From positions 32,001 through 96,000 of the IMG/VR virus record IMGVR_UViG_3300029305_005547: a stretch of 64,000 bases of DNA. The stretch is one strand, 5' to 3'. The notes below the pieces were generated by a model that ran no database searches, was not told the origin of the DNA, and saw only the letters and a program-made list of their open reading frames with translations. This DNA is from a virus (Duplodnaviria > Caudoviricetes). Shown in pieces: positions 60,611-64,000 of this stretch; within the stretch, counting starts at the first letter, position 1, and each line of letters opens with the position of its first letter. The translations under genes were made by a program, and so were the position numbers.

Positions 60611-63600
60611 ATGAGTATATTTACTGAATCAGAAAAGAACTTTTTAAGTTCTCTTGGAGATACTGATATATTCATAGAGTCTTCTAAATCAGATAGAGTT
60701 AAGGTTTTGAATAAAACTATTGAGGTTTTAGAATCTTTAGGATTTAATCCAAAGATTAGTAAACCAAGTAGGGTTGGTTGGATAAATGAAAATAATTCTG
60801 GTGATTTTGAAGAAAGTCTGTGTATATCTTTAGGTAAATTACAGGGTTTAGAATCTGTATGTACTAAAGTTAATAAAGAGATTAAACCATTAGGTGGTAA
60901 AGTATCTCCTGATAACTATGGAACGATTTTTTTGTCTATGAAAGACAATGTAGTTACTGAATCGTATATTGGTAACTATTTTAGAAATAAAGTATTACTT
61001 CATAAGCTTGGAAAGAATCCGGAGCTTAATGAAAGAACTATAATCAAATTTATCAAAAATCTTACTCTTAAATATGAAGAGAGTCTTTTGGATGAAGATG
61101 TACAAAAAATAATGAAAAAACGTGATGTTGCTGATTATTTCGTACCGCAAGCAGAGTTAAATTTTCCTGATGGAATGATAATAACATTTGCTTTTTGTTA
61201 TGATAAGAAATCACTTACTCCCGGAGCAGCGTTTAAGAACGATAATAAAGATTATATTGTGTTACTCTATCCATGTTTTTTCGATTGCAGAGATATGGAT
61301 GTGAATGTATTTACAATAATGCATGAAATTGGACATATAAGACTTGGGCATTGTGAATTAAAGAATAGATCTTTAGATCCTCAGAGACGCCAGAAAGTAA
61401 TGGTTAAAGGTGGTGTCATTTATACTGAACTTAATGCTGACCTTTATGCTTCTTTAAATGGTGCTAAGATGTATACCATTTTAAAAGAAGGGATTGATAA
61501 GGATTACGATAAAAACTACGATTATCGCTATACAAATAACGAACTGTCTAAGAGGTATTCATTTGTTTTAAAGAATTACCAAAAGTTGCGTCCTATGACT
61601 GAAAGTTTGGAAAATACGGTTTGTGAATATATGGCGGAATCCTTAAAATCTGATTACAGATATGAAAATATTAATTCAATAAATGAAATATCAGATTTTT
61701 TAAAAGTAATGAAAGATGTATTTGACGAAGATTCTGATATGTCTGAATCTGCTATTAAGAAGAGTATGAAATCAATATATTTTAAAAACAAATTGATCGG
61801 ATATGTTGGTTTCAGTGAATATAATATCAAAGGTAAAAAATATCTTGGTATTGGTAATTTTATTATTCTTCCTAAGTATCAAAGACAAGGTTATGGAACC
61901 GATGTTATTGAAGATATTATCAGAACAAATAAAGACAACTACGATGAAATTTATTGCTATGTGGATAAAGATAACAAAAAAGCGATTAGGTTTTATGATA
62001 AGATTGCAAAAATCAATAAAAAACATTTGAATGAAAATGGATATTTTTATGTATCACTATATAAAGAATCTGTTGAAGATATCCATGATAACTGGTGCTA
62101 TATTACAGAATCTGATGATAAAAAACGAACTGCTAAAACAGGTGAGTTTGAAATTGAAAAAGTTGAGTTCAAAGTCTATAATGATAGAGACTATTCGTAT
62201 GTAACCGTTAAAGGAATTGATAAACCTTTAAGAGGGCGTTCTGAAGTAATTATAATGAAAGATGACGAAGTTTACTTATGTTTCGACAATGATCGCTACA
62301 GACTTCCTGGAGGTGGTTGGGATAAGGGTGAATCTTATGAGCATGCCGCGTTAAGAGAAACCAAAGAAGAAGCAAAAATTAATTGTACGAATATCAAGTA
62401 CTGTACTTCCAGAGTTGATGTATCTGATGGGGTACCTGATAAATGTAAAAAAGAAAACATACCAGAAGAAGGATATTGGTATGGATACTTTACAAAGGTA
62501 TTCATTGCTGAATATGATAAGAAATTTTCTGGTCATGTTGATAAGGAGGATCAAGATCCTAGTATGGTTAAGACTGGTAAATTTTATCCATTCGAAGAAA
62601 TAAAAGATCAATTATACTCTGAACATAAAGAAGCAATTGAAAAGTATCTTGGTGTTAGTGATGAAGTATTTAAGGAAGATGCTTTAGATGATGATGCATT
62701 TGATATGATAGATGTTATGTTAGAAGCAGCATCAGATTCTCATATCATTAAAGATGTATTGTATCCTCCAATTGAAGCTGTTCTTAAAACACGAGATGGT
62801 GATAAACTTTTCAAACGATATGTGGAAGAGTTTATTGATAGAAATACTGAAAAACTTCACGAACCTTGTCCTATATCATTAATTCCTTTTACAGATAATG
62901 ATAAGGCTAGATTCTTTAGTTTATTTAATTTAAATGAAAAAGAATGTATTAAAGTAATAGGTCAAGCAGCAGATGCTGTATCAAGCAGTGCTAATTTTAG
63001 GCTTGTTAAACAGAATCCTATATTCTGTGTATTTTATTTAGTACTTAGATACTATATCATCAATAAAGATGAGTCTGGTATCAATAGTACATTAGCAATA
63101 CATGCTTTAGCTTCATACCCATCTGTATTTAGTAAATACTTTAAGTATGGTGCAAATCCTGGTATTATGAGATATACAGCAGATCATCTTACAGAGAAAT
63201 TTATTTTCAAGCAGGAAGGACATGTTTTTGGTGCTCTGAGAAAATCTATAGAAGCATCTTACAAATTCCTTAAACCTTATTTTGATGAGGCTACTGATAA
63301 GGAAATGATTCGTTATATTCAGCGTATTCGTAATGATCAAAACTCTCTTATTAAGAAGATCGCAAATGAATATCAGAAAAATTATAAGGCTGGTAAAAGT
63401 GTAAGTACACAGAATGAAACTTATGATACTGGTGCATTAATTGATGACTACAATAATGATACTTCAAAGGCAGAAACTGCAAGTCATTCTATAATCATTA
63501 GTTTACTTACAAATGGTATTGATTTAAGAATCCTTGAAACTGCTAGTGAAATAGCTCAGTTATCAATTTCAGAACTTAGATTGTATCTTGTTAAGATATT

Positions 63601-63898
63601 AGTCGATTCAAGATCTACTGAGATTGAAGATTTTATCAGTGCAGTGTTATTCATCTATTTATACGATGAAAAGCATACTATGGATGAAATCAAATCAAAA
63701 CAATTCTTGTCATTTGGTATTTCTTTATTTAGAAAGACAAATTCTAATGATAAGAATATTGCAACTATCAAAAAGACTTTAGATAAATGGGCAGAAGAAA
63801 CAGGTATTCATAATAGATATAAACGTGAACCTACCAGAATTGCTTATAAGAAAGGTATTTATTGGTATATTTTGCTCACAATTCAATCTAATCTATAA
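60611..63898 (+). CDS. multidomain putative virion protein: HEXXH metallopeptidase-like, GNAT acetyltransferase, NUDIX hydrolase and C-terminal helical domain
   Basis: HEIGH; ILPKYQRQGYGT; LPGGGWDKGESYEHAALRETKEEAKI; late promoter 60571-60583. Confidence 0.8.
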   Translation: MSIFTESEKNFLSSLGDTDIFIESSKSDRVKVLNKTIEVLESLGFNPKISKPSRVGWINENNSGDFEESLCISLGKLQGLESVCTKVNKEIKPLGGKVSPDNYGTIFLSMKDNVVTESYIGNYFRNKVLLHKLGKNPELNERTIIKFIKNLTLKYEESLLDEDVQKIMKKRDVADYFVPQAELNFPDGMIITFAFCYDKKSLTPGAAFKNDNKDYIVLLYPCFFDCRDMDVNVFTIMHEIGHIRLGHCELKNRSLDPQRRQKVMVKGGVIYTELNADLYASLNGAKMYTILKEGIDKDYDKNYDYRYTNNELSKRYSFVLKNYQKLRPMTESLENTVCEYMAESLKSDYRYENINSINEISDFLKVMKDVFDEDSDMSESAIKKSMKSIYFKNKLIGYVGFSEYNIKGKKYLGIGNFIILPKYQRQGYGTDVIEDIIRTNKDNYDEIYCYVDKDNKKAIRFYDKIAKINKKHLNENGYFYVSLYKESVEDIHDNWCYITESDDKKRTAKTGEFEIEKVEFKVYNDRDYSYVTVKGIDKPLRGRSEVIIMKDDEVYLCFDNDRYRLPGGGWDKGESYEHAALRETKEEAKINCTNIKYCTSRVDVSDGVPDKCKKENIPEEGYWYGYFTKVFIAEYDKKFSGHVDKEDQDPSMVKTGKFYPFEEIKDQLYSEHKEAIEKYLGVSDEVFKEDALDDDAFDMIDVMLEAASDSHIIKDVLYPPIEAVLKTRDGDKLFKRYVEEFIDRNTEKLHEPCPISLIPFTDNDKARFFSLFNLNEKECIKVIGQAADAVSSSANFRLVKQNPIFCVFYLVLRYYIINKDESGINSTLAIHALASYPSVFSKYFKYGANPGIMRYTADHLTEKFIFKQEGHVFGALRKSIEASYKFLKPYFDEATDKEMIRYIQRIRNDQNSLIKKIANEYQKNYKAGKSVSTQNETYDTGALIDDYNNDTSKAETASHSIIISLLTNGIDLRILETASEIAQLSISELRLYLVKILVDSRSTEIEDFISAVLFIYLYDEKHTMDEIKSKQFLSFGISLFRKTNSNDKNIATIKKTLDKWAEETGIHNRYKREPTRIAYKKGIYWYILLTIQSNL

Positions 63899-63901
63899 AA
63901 T

Positions 63902-63938
63902 ATATCTACGTGAAGGTAAATATCCTTCACGTAGATAT
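63902..63938. terminator. intrinsic terminator
   Basis: ATATCTACGTGAAGG-TAAATAT-CCTTCACGTAGATAT. Confidence 0.7.
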
Positions 63939-64000
63939 TTCACATTATATTAATCTTTTATAAAGGAAGGTAATATATAATGAATGAAAATGAATATGAG

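Noticed and set aside
1-64000. tRNA or rRNA genes, introns, IS elements
   Set aside because: None recognisable by eye; tRNAscan-SE and Infernal would be needed to exclude them formally.

Overview
AT-rich, gene-dense segment of a lytic jumbo phage of the AR9/PBS1-phiKZ type, probably infecting a spore-forming Firmicute (Clostridia/Lachnospiraceae-like; inferred from SD sequences, GH25 lysin, SleB-like hydrolase and DUF1653/DUF3841-type genes). Recognisable genes: N-terminal half of a split family B DNA polymerase, SSB-like protein, GroEL-like chaperonin, AR9 gp226-like promoter-specificity subunit, membrane-fused DHFR, primase, Mre11/SbcD nuclease, intact tyrosine recombinase, a ~3,100-aa tape measure protein with three cell-wall enzyme domains, RusA-like resolvase, thymidylate synthase and several putative inner-head proteins. 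Two phage promoter classes are visible: NACA-N6-TAA (>20 copies) and TATATTATT. The main finding is a dispersed ~80-bp element (about 9.5, 24.8, 39.3 and 60.1 kb, both orientations) that folds into a two-box hairpin. Every stem mismatch in that hairpin is G-T on one strand. Three copies run directly into 'stop-CTA AAT AGT AA' (Leu-Asn-Ser) frames that encode different tail-fibre C-terminal modules without a usable RBS; one of these has no start codon at its 5' end and is missing from the ORF track. The fourth copy is truncated and empty. With the tyrosine recombinase, this suggests a genome-dispersed shufflon/integron-like system that swaps receptor-binding tips; the expression locus is not in this window. 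Also seen: a candidate ~170-210 nt structured ncRNA, an unannotated 39-aa early peptide and a putative protease/GNAT/NUDIX virion polyprotein. All family assignments come from reading motifs and from recalled sequences, not from database searches.
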